A stretch of 63,761 nucleotides of DNA, filler included, from Octopus bimaculoides (taxonomy: Eukaryota): the NCBI RefSeq assembly GCF_001194135.2. It is 5 parts of 4 records of this genome, joined end to end, with 100 filler letters (N's around TTAATTAATTAA, not from the genome) between each part and the next. Parts side by side here need not be neighbours in the genome. Positions count along the whole stretch, not along the records: positions 1 to 20,964 come from NC_068986.1; 4 more parts are not named here. One strand, given 5' to 3'. The first letter of the stretch is position 1. Every line of letters begins with the position of its first letter. A program made the translations under genes and the position numbers. Positions 1 to 12,449 of this stretch are shown one piece after another. A model generated the notes under the pieces. The model did no database searches, was not told the origin of the DNA, and worked only from the letters and a program-made list of their open reading frames with translations.

Positions 1-28
1 ATCACACACCCACAGAGAAATAAATAAA

Positions 29-67
<39 letters not shown>

Positions 68-946
68 TAAGAACCGATCCTTAGTATTCTTTATTTTCGA
101 ACAACAAAGGATTAATAGTAAAGTGGACTTTGGTAGGAATTGAACTCAGAGCTGGAACGAGTATCACAAAGGACTCTGAAAATATGCCAACACGCAGCTC
201 AATGGAACATACTAGTAATGGTTAGAATGAGTTTAGGTGAGAGTAGACGTTAGGCGAGTAGAGACGTTAGAGGTGCAGTAGAAGTGATAGTGTAAAGCAG
301 TGTGTAGGTGGACCGGTATGCGCAGTACTTTAGTAAAAGTATGTATGTTTGTGAAGCGCTTTTGTGGAAATATGTTTGTAGAAGCGTAATAAGAGAACTT
401 TCCTAGACGTGTAAACAATATTTTTTAAGTAAGTCTAAGTTGTTCACTGTAGAAGAATATGAACTTATAAATGAAGAAATATTTTCTAACCCCAACAAAG
501 TAGCTCAAACTCTGTATTGCACTTTTGTCCTTCTGTCTAATGATATGTTTAAATTAGGCGAGTTATCACGCGTGAATTATCTCTGGTGGTGTTTAGTCGT
601 AGACATGATCAAAGACAATCTGTCCGTGCCGTGTCTATCGTATCTTATTCTCAGATACAGTTTATTCAGGGCTACTCTATTAAATGCGCTATCCCCTTTT
701 TAAAAGACGGTAGGATGTAATTTGAGGGAGATTTAGCTGCTATTTCTTGCAAATCAAGCAATGCCATATAGGAGTTAACTGATCTGTTCCTTCGTTGTGA
801 GTTGCAAGAGTGTGTGTGTGTGTGGGGGGGGGGGTTAGTTGTGTACAAGGTGATGAGATGGCTTTCATTCTCCCCACTTTTGTTGCTCTTACTTCATATC
901 CACGTCGTGGTATCTTGGAATTTCTAAACCCTTTTCAAACTACTAT

Positions 947-1329
947 TTGTTGGCACTTTGTCGCTTACAACGTCGAGGGTTCCAGTTGATTCCATCAACG
1001 GAACAGCCTGCTCGTGAAATTAACGTGCAAGTGGCTGAGCACTCCACAGACACGTGTACCCTTAACGTAGTTCTCGGGGATATTCAGCGTGACACTGTGT
1101 GACAAGGCTGACCCTTTGAATTATAAGCACAACAGAAACAGGAAGTAAGAGTGAGAGAAAGTTGTGGTGGAAGAGTACAGCAGGGTTCGGCACCATCCCC
1201 TGCCGGAGCCTCGTGGAACTTTAGGTGTTTTCGCTCAATAAACACTCACAGCGCCCGGTCTGGGAATCGAAACCGCGATCCTATGACTGCGAGTCCGCTG
1301 CCCTAACCACTGGGCCATTGCGTCTCCAC
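947..1329 (-). mobile_element. tRNA-derived SINE (family B here)
   Basis: Minus-strand head has A-box TGGCCCAGTGG and B-box GGTTTCGATTCC; highly similar copies at 13118-13503 and 39122-39436. Confidence 0.85.
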
Positions 1330-1721
1330 CATACTACTTTTATTAGATGAAAATAGGAGTATTGTAAATCCAGTCGAATGTTTAATTTACAAGGGTTGTG
1401 AATCATAAAACAAATACAATTCTTTGAAATATTTTGCAAACACTTTAATTATTATTGTTAATATGATTAATTGTAGTTTATTTTCAAAGTTACATAAATG
1501 TAAATGAGACAGAATCAGCGTAATATAGAAGAAAGGTATAAATAGACCTTTAGAATACTAATCCATTGAGCTTGTCTTCCTAGAAACAGCTCAGCTATCA
1601 TTTGCACAAAAAAATACATTTGATATTCTTTGTCCTATTCTTCCTCCTCTTATTGTCATCGTCTTCGTTGTTGTTGTCGTCATTGTTGGCGTTGTTATTA
1701 TTTGTTATTAGTGTTGCTTTC

Positions 1722-1727
1722 TTTAAT
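1722..1727 (-). promoter_or_regulatory. Candidate polyadenylation signal (ATTAAA) of the chitin-binding gene
   Basis: ATTAAA on the minus strand about 60 nt downstream of the stop codon. Confidence 0.45.
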
Positions 1728-1788
1728 ACTTGTACGGTCCTGCTAAAAACTGATTGTTTTAAGGATGTTTAAGTCATGTGGTAAAGAC

Positions 1789-1985
1789 TTAACGCCGCAT
1801 GCGTCCACCACAACTTGTCTTGGCCGACCATTCGCAGGACTTACTGTGCGTAGAGAAGCCGGTGCCAGCTGGACATCGGTGTCTTGGTCCTAAACGTCCA
1901 TAGTGGCAGTAATAGAAATGGTAACAACTGGATGGATCAGGAACAACGTCGTCTTTCACATCTTGACACATCGGATCTTCGTCAG
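1789..1985 (-). CDS. Chitin-binding protein terminal exon 3: CBM14 domain 3 + stop
   Basis: Acceptor tttcttttctaatttaaAG|, phase 1. Reads (P)DEDPMCQDVKDDVVPDPSSCYHFYYCHYGRLGPRHRCPAGTGFSTHSKSCEWSAKTSCGGRMRR*, C-x13-C-x5-C-x10-C-x12-C-x7-C. Spliced CDS is 277+207+197=681 nt = 226 aa + TAA. Confidence 0.93.
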
Positions 1986-2127
1986 CTTTAAATTAGAAAA
2001 GAAATTGCAATCAATCAAAATTATTTTAATCGAATTAGTAATAAGCTAAGAGATTTAATGATCACTGTCAAATCGTAGACAGCTCTTAAGGATCCTGAAA
2101 TATTCTGTATCTCCAGAATTTTAGATT

Positions 2128-3193
2128 AAAAAAAAATCCCTGAGATGGGTTTCCATAACCATCTCAAGGAGGATTTGAATTCAACATAATAAGTTATCNN
2201 NNNNNNNNNNNNNNNNNNNNNNNNNNNNNNNNNNNNNNNNNNNNNNNNNNNNNNNNNNNNNNNNNNNNNNNNNNNNNNNNNNNNNNNNNNNNNNNNNNNN
2301 NNNNNNNNNNNNNNNNNNNNNNNNNNNNNNNNNNNNNNNNNNNNNNNNNNNNNNNNNNNNNNNNNNNNNNNNNNNNNNNNNNNNNNNNNNNNNNNNNNNN
2401 NNNNNNNNNNNNNNNNNNNNNNNNNNNNNNNNNNNNNNNNNNNNNNNNNNNNNNNNNNNNNNNNNNNNNNNNNNNNNNNNNNNNNNNNNNNNNNNNNNNN
2501 NNNNNNNNNNNNNNNNNNNNNNNNNNNNNNNNNNNNNNNNNNNNNNNNNNNNNNNNNNNNNNNNNNNNNNNNNNNNNNNNNNNNNNNNNNNNNNNNNNNN
2601 NNNNNNNNNNNNNNNNNNNNNNNNNNNNNNNNNNNNNNNNNNNNNNNNNNNNNNNNNNNNNNNNNNNNNNNNNNNNNNNNNNNNNNNNNNNNNNNNNNNN
2701 NNNNNNNNNNNNNNNNNNNNNNNNNNNNNNNNNNNNNNNNNNNNNNNNNNNNNNNNNNNNNNNNNNNNNNNNNNNNNNNNNNNNNNNNNNNNNNNNNNNN
2801 NNNNNNNNNNNNNNNNNNNNNNNNNNNNNNNNNNNNNNNNNNNNNNNNNNNNNNNNNNNNNNNNNNNNNNNNNNNNNNNNNNNNNNNNNNNNNNNNNNNN
2901 NNNNNNNNNNNNNNNNNNNNNNNNNNNNNNNNNNNNNNNNNNNNNNNNNNNNNNNNNNNNNNNNNNNNNNNNNNNNNNNNNNNNNNNNNNNNNNNNNNNN
3001 NNNNNNNNNNNNNNNNNNNNNNNNNNTGAATTCAACACAATAAGTTATTAAAAAAAAAATCCCTGAGATGGGTTTCCATAACCATCTCAAGGAGGATTTG
3101 AATTCAACACAATAAGTTATTAAAAAAAAAATCCCTGAGATGGGTTTCCATAACCATCTCAAGGAGGATTTGAATTCAACATAATAAGTTATC
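2128..3193. repeat. 72-bp minisatellite spanning an assembly gap
   Basis: Unit ccctgagatgggtttccataaccatctcaaggaggatttgaattcaacacaataagttatt(a)n-at, seen at ~2128-2198 and at 3061 and 3133 (period 72). Confidence 0.9.
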
Positions 3194-4429
3194 TAAATGC
3201 TTGGTGACTTTGTACTGTGAACCCGTTGATTATAGCTCTCTGCTTATAATTAGTCAGACTGAACTAGAGAATGTCAAGTACTTGGTCAGGGACCCAGAAA
3301 ATTACACATGTTGGCCATGAATACAGAGCAGACTTCGTAGCAGGATGCGGAATATCTTCACATCTTCGGTCAAGATGATTGTTGATTCTCTGTCGACTCA
3401 GCTAGCTGTGAGTTTGTCGAAAAACCACACATTTTGAATGAGTCATAGAATATCAAACTCTGAAATGAAGATCTATCATAAGTTAATCCCAATTCTAACG
3501 TCTCCTAACCTTAACCTAAACTCATACAACTCTAATAAATTCGATCATGGCCTTTTTGGGGACTAAAGATTGCAGCAACTAAACATCACAGCCTTTATAA
3601 ATTCGTATAGAAAAGATAGAGTTCTATAATTATCTCTAACGTAATACTTCTTAATTAATCAGTGGATTAATTATCTAACTAGAAATATTCTTTTATAGAA
3701 AGGACATGTAAAATGTACTTAAAGTTTAAGAAAAGACGATTTTATTCTATCCGGTGAGATTCATAGACCAATGAGGGACCCTCTACGTGGCCGCTTGATT
3801 TAATAGAAATAGCAGCTAAATTTCCATTAAAAAATCACATTCCGCCGTCTAAAAATAGACTGGATGACCAAGCTTGTACAAATTTGAACGCAAATTTGCT
3901 ATGGCAGAGATGTCCTGAGACTAAACAATCACTTGTATTTTTCATCTGTCGTAGATCCTCTGAGTATCTGCACCGGGAATGGTACCCTCCAAGGAGCAGG
4001 CGTAAGCAAGGTATTTTGTGAAAACCAACAGTTTCCCATGCATGTCTCCACCTCTCCACGTCACTGATGTTGTTTAAAGGAGAGGTAAGTTAACACAGCT
4101 TCGGGCCAGTATCGTCGCTGGCGTTAGAATCAGAAGGCGGAGAACCGCCCTTCAGTGTTTGATATGCTCTCTGCCGCTCTGAATTCAAATGCCATCGAGG
4201 CGAACTTTTCCTTTCATCCCTCTGGGATCAATAAAATAAAGTACCAGTCTTGTACTGGGGTCAATGATATCGATTAACAACCTCCCTAAAATTCTTGGCC
4301 TTGTTCCTAAATGATCAAACACGACAATTTATCTGCCTCATTTTTCAATCCTTATAGAGTCCACCTCGTATGAGAAACATTGCATGCGACACCAAAATTA
4401 TTCCACTAGTCCACTGCTCTGGGCTGGTA

Positions 4430-4710
4430 GGTTTTGTGGCTGTGTGGTAAGGAACTTGCTTTCCAACCACATGGCTCCGGGTTCAGTCCATCTGTGAGTG
4501 TGTGTGTGTGTGATTGTTTTCTACCACCGCTTGACAATAGGTCTTAGTGTGTTTACGTCCTCGTAACTTAGTGGTTCAGTAAAAAATTGCCGATAAAATA
4601 TACCAGGCTTAAAGAAATAAGTACTGTGGTTGGTTCGATCTACTAAAAGTTCTTGGAGGCAGTGCCCCAACATGACCGCAGTCTAATGACTGAAACAAAT
4701 AAAAGATAAC
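4430..4710 (+). mobile_element. SINE family C (tRNA-like head, internal microsatellite), internally deleted copy
   Basis: ggctgtgtggtaag...ggttcagtcc head and gtgtttacgtcc..gtaacttag...gactgaaaca tail, shared with many copies in the window. Confidence 0.75.
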
Positions 4711-5734
4711 TTTTGAAAGGCAGAGCTGACCTCAGCGGGATTTGAACCAAGGGAATCAGAACAAATATTTTAAGTTATTAACAGAAGCTCTAACGACTCT
4801 GTTAATTAGCTACCTGGGCCTAAACAACAGCCTCGAAAATGAATCTAATTAATTAATTAAATGTATGAAATGTGTTGTTAATATGATTATAGTTTGACGG
4901 ATTATCATTAATTTCATCTTCTGGGATAAGGCGTTCCTGTTAATTTCCACATTTATAAAGGTGATTGATCGGTAGAATCAGTAGGGTAACGCCAAAAATG
5001 TATTTTGGGTGGAGGAGGGGGTTAACAGAAATCGATAGAGCAGCCGGAGAAAAGGCTTTGTGGTATGTAGTTACGTCTCTTTCAGTTTTGAGTTCAAATC
5101 ACGCAGAGTTTGAGATTTACGTTTCACTCTCTCGCGGGATCGATAAAATAAATACTAGTTGTTGCAATTGGTGCCTAACCCCAAGTCATCTCTGAACGAA
5201 TAAATCTCTGATCAAAGGCGTTCCTTCCCCGACAATCCCAGCAGCTGTTATTTTAGATGGAGCATACGTACCTAGGACTATATAATCTAATGTATCCTTC
5301 TTATTTTTTAAAGACGGGTAGGGTGTAATTAAAAGAAATTTAGTTAAATTTTGGCATAAGGCCAGCAAGTTTTGGGGAAGGGATAAGTCAATTACATCGA
5401 CCCAGTGCTCAACTGGTACTTATTTTATCGACCCCGAAACGATGAAAGGCAAATTAGAAAGAAATTTGACTGCAATTTTTAGCGGGTCAAGCGACTGAGT
5501 GCTGGGGTCGATCAACTCCTTCACTCCGATTTGTGGACTTGGGCTTTAGCCAAAAATCTTTATTTACACTATGCTTCGATGGATTTGATCTCCGATCGAA
5601 ACATAAATGCTAAAACATATTTTATCCCTGAAGATAAGGTGCTACATACAACGGAAGTACAATAATTGTAAGAAATCTACGCGGAAACATCTTAGAATCC
5701 AATAACTTTTCTTCATTAATATTTGTTTTTAAAT

Positions 5735-6180
5735 GCGGCGAGCTGGCAGAAACGTTAGCACGCAGGGCAAAATGATTAGAGGTATTTCGTCTGTTTTTAC
5801 TTTCTGAGTTCAAATTCCGCCGAGGTCGACTTTGCCTTTCATTCTTTCGGAGTCGATAAATTAAGTACCAGTTGTGTACTGGGATCGATCTAATCGACTG
5901 GTCACCCCCACCAAAAAAATTCGGGCTTAGTGCCTAGAGTAGAAAAGAATATTTGTTTGTCTTTAAGGCGGTGAGTTGGAAAATCGTTAGCACGCTGGAG
6001 AAAATGCTTAACAGCATTCCGTCTGTCTGTATGCTCTGAGTTCAAATTTCGCCGCGGTTGACTTTGCCTTTCCCCCCTTTCAGGCTCGATAAAATAAGTA
6101 CTAGTTGAGCACTGGGGTCAGTGTAATCGATTTACCCCTGCCCCGAAGTTGCTGGTTTTGTGGCAAAATTTGAAATCAAT
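5735..6180 (+). mobile_element. Two head-to-tail copies of SINE family D
   Basis: gcggcgagctggcagaaacgttagcacg...gagttcaaattccgccgaggtcgactttgcc at ~5735 and again at ~5967; B-box-like GAGTTCAAATTCC. Confidence 0.8.
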
Positions 6181-6219
6181 ATTTGTTTATCTTTTAAATT
6201 TTGACCCATGGCACAAGTA

Positions 6220-6680
6220 AAGCGGTGTGGTTATGAAGCTCGCCTTGTAGTCACGTGGTTTCGATACCCAGGGCAAGTGTTTTCTACGAGACTTGCTCTA
6301 GGTGTTTTGTACTATAGTTGCGGGTGGTCAACGCTTTTTGAGTGGATTTGAAAGACAGGAACTGTGTGGAAGCTCGTTGTACAAACACACACACACGCGC
6401 GCGCGCACATACACATATGGGGATATGTGTGCGTCTTGTGTTTGCGTTTGTTACCCCAACGCTCGACAACTGATACTGGTTGATTTGTTTGTTTAATTGT
6501 CTCNNNNNNNNNNNNNNNNNNNNNNNNNNNNNNNNNNNNNNNNNNNNNNNNNNNNNNNNNNNNNNNNNNNNNNNNNNNNNNNNNNNNNNNNNNNNNNNNN
6601 NNNNNNNNNNNNNNNNNNNNNNNNNNNNCCTTCAAGGCAGTGCTCCAGTATGGCATATGACCAAAATAAGTCAAATGAAC
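6220..6680 (+). mobile_element. SINE family C, diverged copy containing a gap
   Basis: Head gcggtgtggttatgaagctcg, gggcaagtg core, gtggatttgaaagacaggaact, internal (CA)n, tail ggcagtgctccagtatgg. Confidence 0.7.
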
Positions 6681-6684
6681 GAAT

Positions 6685-7020
6685 GAGTCCTAAATATCGG
6701 CCTTTTCCGTAAAAAGTGTCTTCCGCGATCTTTACCAAACATCGGCCTTTTCCGTAACATCCGCACGATCTTCACTACGGTGTTAGGGTTAGGGTTTTAG
6801 GGTTAGGGTTAGTGTTTAGGGTTGTGGTTAGGGTTACGGTTAGGGACGGAATTCCAAAACGCAAACCCTAAAACCCAAACCCTAACCGTAAACCTAACCC
6901 TAACCCTAACTCTAAACCCTTCAAAATAAATCGCGCTCTCTGTATGTCTTTCGCTGTTATGACGTCGTTTCTCTGTTTCTCTCCAACACTTTTTACGGAA
7001 AAGGCCGATATTTAGGACTC
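6685..7020. mobile_element. MITE-like element with perfect 35-bp terminal inverted repeats and internal opposed telomere-like arrays
   Basis: 6685-6719 gagtcctaaatatcggccttttccgtaaaaagtgt is the exact reverse complement of 6986-7020. (TTAGGG)-like 6782-6845, (CCCTAA)-like ~6864-6920. Confidence 0.75.
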
Positions 7021-7469
7021 GTACCGAAAGATCGCCGAATATATAAATATATAAATAAATAAATAATAAAAGAATAATTAAATTATCTTGGCAGCTCTTT
7101 TCCTTTTGGGAAGACGAAACACCTAAACCCAAATGAATAGTGTAATGTGCAAAACAACCAACCAATGAATTAACTACGGATCAGCGTTTTGAATACGGAC
7201 GTCTTTTCGATTTTGTCTGCTGGTGCCATGAGAAATGTTTCTATTCTGTAAGAGGCAAGATTCTCCGTTAACCATTTACTCGATTTGAAGAGAAATCGTG
7301 ACAGTTATGTTGTGTTAAAATGTCAGTGAAGTTATTGAGATGAAACCGTCCTTAAACAGCAATCACTTGGATTTTGAAGTTTAAATAAGTACCAGTGAAA
7401 TACTCGGTTATTTCAATGTAGTTGAAGTTAATAAACAGTGATCAAAATGAAATGGAACTGAAGACTTAC

Positions 7470-7676
7470 GGATAAGAATGGTGTCTGGGATCCTTCTATT
7501 ACCGCAATCATGGGCAACAGCGTGGGCAAATTGGCAACTGTCATTCTTTGGGTAGTATAGAGTACCGTCTCCACAGCGTTGAAATGCCATTAAAGTGCCA
7601 TTGGTACAGGAAATAAATCTGGAGCAGTCATCGGGGTCAACGTTGTTACCATGTTTCTTTACACAGCGTGGGTCGT
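7470..7676 (-). CDS. Chitin-binding protein coding exon 2: CBM14 domain 2
   Basis: Acceptor ttgttcttcAG| and donor |GTAAGT; 207 nt, phase 1-1. Reads (D)DPRCVKKHGNNVDPDDCSRFISCTNGTLMAFQRCGDGTLYYPKNDSCQFAHAVAHDCGNRRIPDTILI, C-x12-C-x5-C-x10-C-x12-C-x9-C, in frame with exon 1. Confidence 0.93.
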
Positions 7677-7868
7677 CTGAAGAACAAATTTAGGAAACGA
7701 CTTTTGTAGATTTACGAAAAATTGACTACGAGGTGTCATTGAAATCAGTTCACTTCTCACTCTCTCTTTCCATTCTATCTCTCTCACTCTCGCTCTTCCT
7801 GCATCTTTCTGTGTATTTTTTCTATCAACGAGTGTGGTTAAGTAAACTTTAAAGCCCATTGTAAGTAA

Positions 7869-7920
<52 letters not shown>

Positions 7921-8079
7921 GTTGTGTGGTAAGAAGCTTGCACCCCAACTACATGGTTCCCAGTTGAGTCTCACTGCGTGGCACCTTGGCCAAGTGTCTT
8001 CTACTATAGCCTTTTAAGTAGATCTGTTAGACAAACACTGAAAGAAGTATGTCGTACATACATACATACATACATACAT

Positions 8080-8237
8080 ACAAATCGACCCTTGGGGTTA
8101 TTCTTTGTAAGCCTAGTACTTATTCTATCGGGTTCTTTTGCCGAACCGCTATGTTACGAGGACGTAAACACACCAACATCGATTGTCAGGCAATGGTGGG
8201 AGAACAAACACAAACACACGAACAGACACACACACAC

Positions 8238-8332
<95 letters not shown>

Positions 8333-8490
8333 ACGGGCTTCTTTCAGTTTCTGTCTACTAAATCCACTCACAAGGCTTTGGTCGGCTGAGGCTATTGTAG
8401 AAGACGCTTGCCCAAGGTGCTACGCAGTGGGACTGAACCCAGAACCATGTAGTTGGTAAGCAAGCTACTTAAGACACAGCCACTCCTGCG
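8080..8490 (-). mobile_element. SINE family C, near full length, in intron 1
   Basis: Reverse complement of the family C consensus with internal (CA)n(TA)n. Confidence 0.85.
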
Positions 8491-8509
8491 ACACACACAC
8501 AAATGTATG

Positions 8510-8720
8510 CATGTGTGTGTGTCTTTGTGTCTGTATTTGTCCCCCCTGTCACCGTTGACAACTAGTGTTGGTGTGTTTACGTCCCCGTAACTTAGCAGTT
8601 TGATAGAATAAATACTAGGCTTAAAAAATAAGTACTGGGGTCGATTTGTTCGACGAAAACGTTTGAAGGCAGTGCTCCAGCATGGCCGTAGTCAAATGCC
8701 TGAAACAACCAAAAGAAAAG
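8510..8720 (+). mobile_element. SINE family C 3' half, inverted relative to the 8080-8490 copy
   Basis: gtgtttacgtccccgtaacttagcag...ggggtcgatttg...ctccagcatggcc. Confidence 0.8.
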
Positions 8721-8772
8721 ATTAAAGAACACATATGTATGTATGAATGTGTGTGTGTATATATATAATGTG

Positions 8773-9009
8773 TCAATTACTGCGTGAAGGACATATTAAT
8801 CGTTTAAAAAAAACTGTTAAGGTTTACTAGACCTTTTAATATTTTGTGTCAACATTTTCGTCGCACTATCCTGTTCACCGACATTGTGCCAGCAACCAGG
8901 TCGCGGTTTGTGCAACGAAAATGTTGATACCAAATTATAAAGGATTAAATAACGTTAACAGTTTTTGTGCGTTTTTGAATGGCTAATACGTCTTCCACGC
9001 TGTAATTGA
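8773..9009. mobile_element. Palindromic MITE (~95-100 bp imperfect arms, ~43 bp spacer)
   Basis: tcaattactgcgtgaaggacatatt...gtcaacattttcgtcgcac pairs with gtgcaacgaaaatgttgatac...aatacgtcttccacgctgtaattga. Confidence 0.75.
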
Positions 9010-9065
9010 TTTAGTTTTAGCATACGCTCTCAGATCAAATCACATGCCAGACAAGTATATTTCCG

Positions 9066-9067
<2 letters not shown>

Positions 9068-9125
<58 letters not shown>

Positions 9126-9295
9126 CATACACACGCAAACACACACACTGAGTGTTTATGGAAACTATAAGTAAGAGTGACTCGAGACTTGAGTTTCACA
9201 CCACTGCGATATTCAGGCGAACTCGAAGATTGCAGTAGCGTGAGATTCAAGTCGCTAGACAAACACTGTTTCGGTTTCAATATAAGACCTCTTTC

Positions 9296-9333
<38 letters not shown>

Positions 9334-9401
9334 GTCTGTCTGTCTGTCTGTCTGTCTATGTCTGTCTATCTGTCTGTCTGTCTGTCTGTCTATCTGTCTA
9401 T

Positions 9402-9455
<54 letters not shown>

Positions 9456-9532
9456 GTCTGTCTGTCCGTCCGTGCGTCCGTCCGTCTGTCCGTCCGTCTG
9501 TCCGTCCGTCTGTCCGTCCGTCTGTCCGTCCG

Positions 9533-9600
<68 letters not shown>

Positions 9601-9984
9601 CCTATTTATCTATCTATCTGTTCAATAGATGCATAATGTGATTTGTTTTTTTGTCCCTTGTTATTAGCTGAAATTTCATTAACGAACATACTCAGAAATA
9701 TGAATGTCTTCTATCACTTTGAATTTTCTGCTAAAGTTACTACTATAAGTTTATAATATCGTTGCCTCCACGAAATATTTGTTTCCATACATACATACAT
9801 ACATACATACATACATACATACATACATACATACATGCATAGAGAAACACACATACACCCCCCACACATAATACATACATACATACATGTGTGCGTGTTT
9901 GTGTGTATATACGATATTATATTTATGTAATGTTATATATTCATTTATATATGTATATATTATACGATATGTACAATTAATGCA

Positions 9985-10069
<85 letters not shown>

Positions 10070-10120
10070 CATACACACACACATTTATATATGTATATAT
10101 ACATACATACGCACATACAC
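9068..10120. repeat. Compound microsatellites (ATCT)n, (CTGT)n, (CCGT)n, (CATA)n, (CA)n, (TA)n
   Basis: Seen directly; accounts for the SIYL/VC/HT-type ORFs. Confidence 0.95.
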
Positions 10121-10470
10121 AAAAGTATCGACACAGTATTGTTTGAAATGTGTATTTGAAAATAACGAATAATACGTCTAATAAACATACACATGATATA
10201 TGGTTTATAAGCACACACGCATTACTGCCCCATCTCTCTCATTCACACACACACAAAAGAGGTGAATATAGTTTTGTAGAAAGAAAACATTCAATATTAA
10301 GATAGAAAAGTGTAATTCAAAAGTTGAGGAATGTAACGTCACCTAATTACCACTCCGAGTTTCTCGCTAGAGGCAGACATATTGTGACGTTGATATTTTT
10401 CAAATTTGAAATAGTTGCATCAGAACATATAGTAATGTGTATTTATATATATGTGTGTGTGTGTGTAACT

Positions 10471-10512
<42 letters not shown>

Positions 10513-10712
10513 ATACTACTTTATCATCACTATGTTGTTGTTGTTGTTGTTGTTATTATTATTATCATTATTATTATTATTATTATCATTATTATTATTG
10601 TTATTACCGGAGCATATTCATTCATACGTTGAAAAATAATAAAAGCTCTAATAGTACTAAAATAAGGAGGAAAAGAATAATTCAATTCGCTAAAATGGGA
10701 AAGATTTTATAC

Positions 10713-10747
<35 letters not shown>

Positions 10748-11711
10748 TATATAAATATATANNNNNNNNNNNNNNNNNNNNNNNNNNNNNNNNNNNNNNN
10801 NNNNNNNNNNNNNNNNNNNNNNNNNNNNNNNNNNNNNNNNNNNNNNNNNNNNNNNNNNNNNNNNNNNNNNNNNNNNNNNNNNNNNNNNNNNNNNNNNNNN
10901 NNNNNNNNNNNNNNNNNNNNNNNNNNNNNNNNNNNNNNNNNNNNNNNNNNNNATATATATAATTTAGAAGAAAGAGTTGAGAACAGTAAATCATAGGAGG
11001 AATAAGATAGAAAGAATACATTTATAATATGCCTCCTGCCGACAGTTAAATATAACTAACTATTAGAGAGGAAATACAAGACAGTAAAAAAAAACATCCA
11101 CATTATCCTGTCTTCTAGTAATAAGCCTTCGTTTAATAGTATGTCCAAAAGTTCTGTAATGTTTAACCTAGAATAAAGCTATTAAGCAACTCCATTTACG
11201 TATCTATCATCACACAGAGAAACACACATACACCCCACCACACACACACATGCTTGCTTGTATATTATATTTCAACAACTAGTTATTATATAGAAACTAC
11301 TCTCAATGGAATCAAGGAGAAGCTACAGATAGAGAATTATATACATTAGCATTATATCAAAATAAAAATGATTCGTCACACATAGTCAAATGTTTCGGTC
11401 TGTCCAACCGATTTACATGCAGGCGGTATTTAGTAGAATTGTTAAAATTTATAGTTAAAATTCGAAGGAACAATTTGGAAATATGCTGTTTTAAGGTAGA
11501 TAACTAAAATAAACAAATTTTATTTTATATAGAATGCAAGGACAGAGATTCAGAGTGACGAAGAATTCTGGTGATATGAAGAAAGATGATATTATCCGAT
11601 AAGACTTGATGCACAAGTTTTGCAATTAGCGTCCACGTGGTGTCAATGTTCTTATTTTTTAGTGTGCTTGTGTTAATGTCTTTCTCTCTCCTTACATATA
11701 TATGTAAATAT

Positions 11712-11786
<75 letters not shown>

Positions 11787-12449
11787 NNNNNNNNNNATAC
11801 ATACATACATACATACATACATACATACATACACACACACTGGCCACAACATCATGTCTCATAGGTAGGTAATACCGTGATGACATTTTTGGACAGCTGC
11901 TAATGATGTGGGTGATATCTTCGATTGGAACATCAGATTCATACCCGTGATTGTTGGGGCATTGGGGTATGTAACGAACTGCCTCAACAAAAACCTGGAA
12001 AAATTAGGGTTCTCAAAACCTGAAAGAAAAAGGCTGATTAGAAGACTACAGATTCAAGCCATCAATGGAACTGTAAAGATATATAAAACTTTCCAAAAAT
12101 TTAGCGCATAAATACATATGCATGCATCTAGACATAAAAACGCATCCATAAAATAAACATACAAATCTGCGCATACACTAACACCAAATACTGCACACAC
12201 ACACACATATGCACAAATACCTAGATGATGTTGATAAAAGTTCCAATGAAGGAGCCTTGAATCTATGTTAGAGTCCGGCTCTTTCTCTATGGACAAGAAA
12301 TACAGAAATGAAACTGATTGATAACATACATACATACATACATACATACATACACACACACATTTCTTATTGGGCTTATAAAAAAAGGGACTGTGCCTAG
12401 TGTATTTGTAGGACATTCTTGACTGGTAAAATTGATGCTATTAATGTTC

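Noticed and set aside
1240-1329. tRNA genes (also 13420-13503, 30928-31000 and SINE C/D heads)
   Set aside because: A/B boxes are present but continue into SINE bodies, and one copy has a TSD; no complete cloverleaf was recognised.
1979-1985. CUGACGA hammerhead core at the exon 3 start
   Set aside because: No GAAA or stems follow; it is simply the codons for P-D-E.
3835-4059. Possible extra exon in intron 2
   Set aside because: No CBM14 cysteine spacing in the frames examined, and it is flanked by dispersed-repeat sequence.
6782-6920. Ancient chromosome end-to-end fusion site
   Set aside because: The arrays are short, degenerate and enclosed by perfect TIRs; a transposon is the simpler explanation.
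9177-10218. Long ORFs rich in HT/YI/CV/SIYL and ORFs running through X
   Set aside because: These are translations of microsatellites or N gaps, here and throughout the window.
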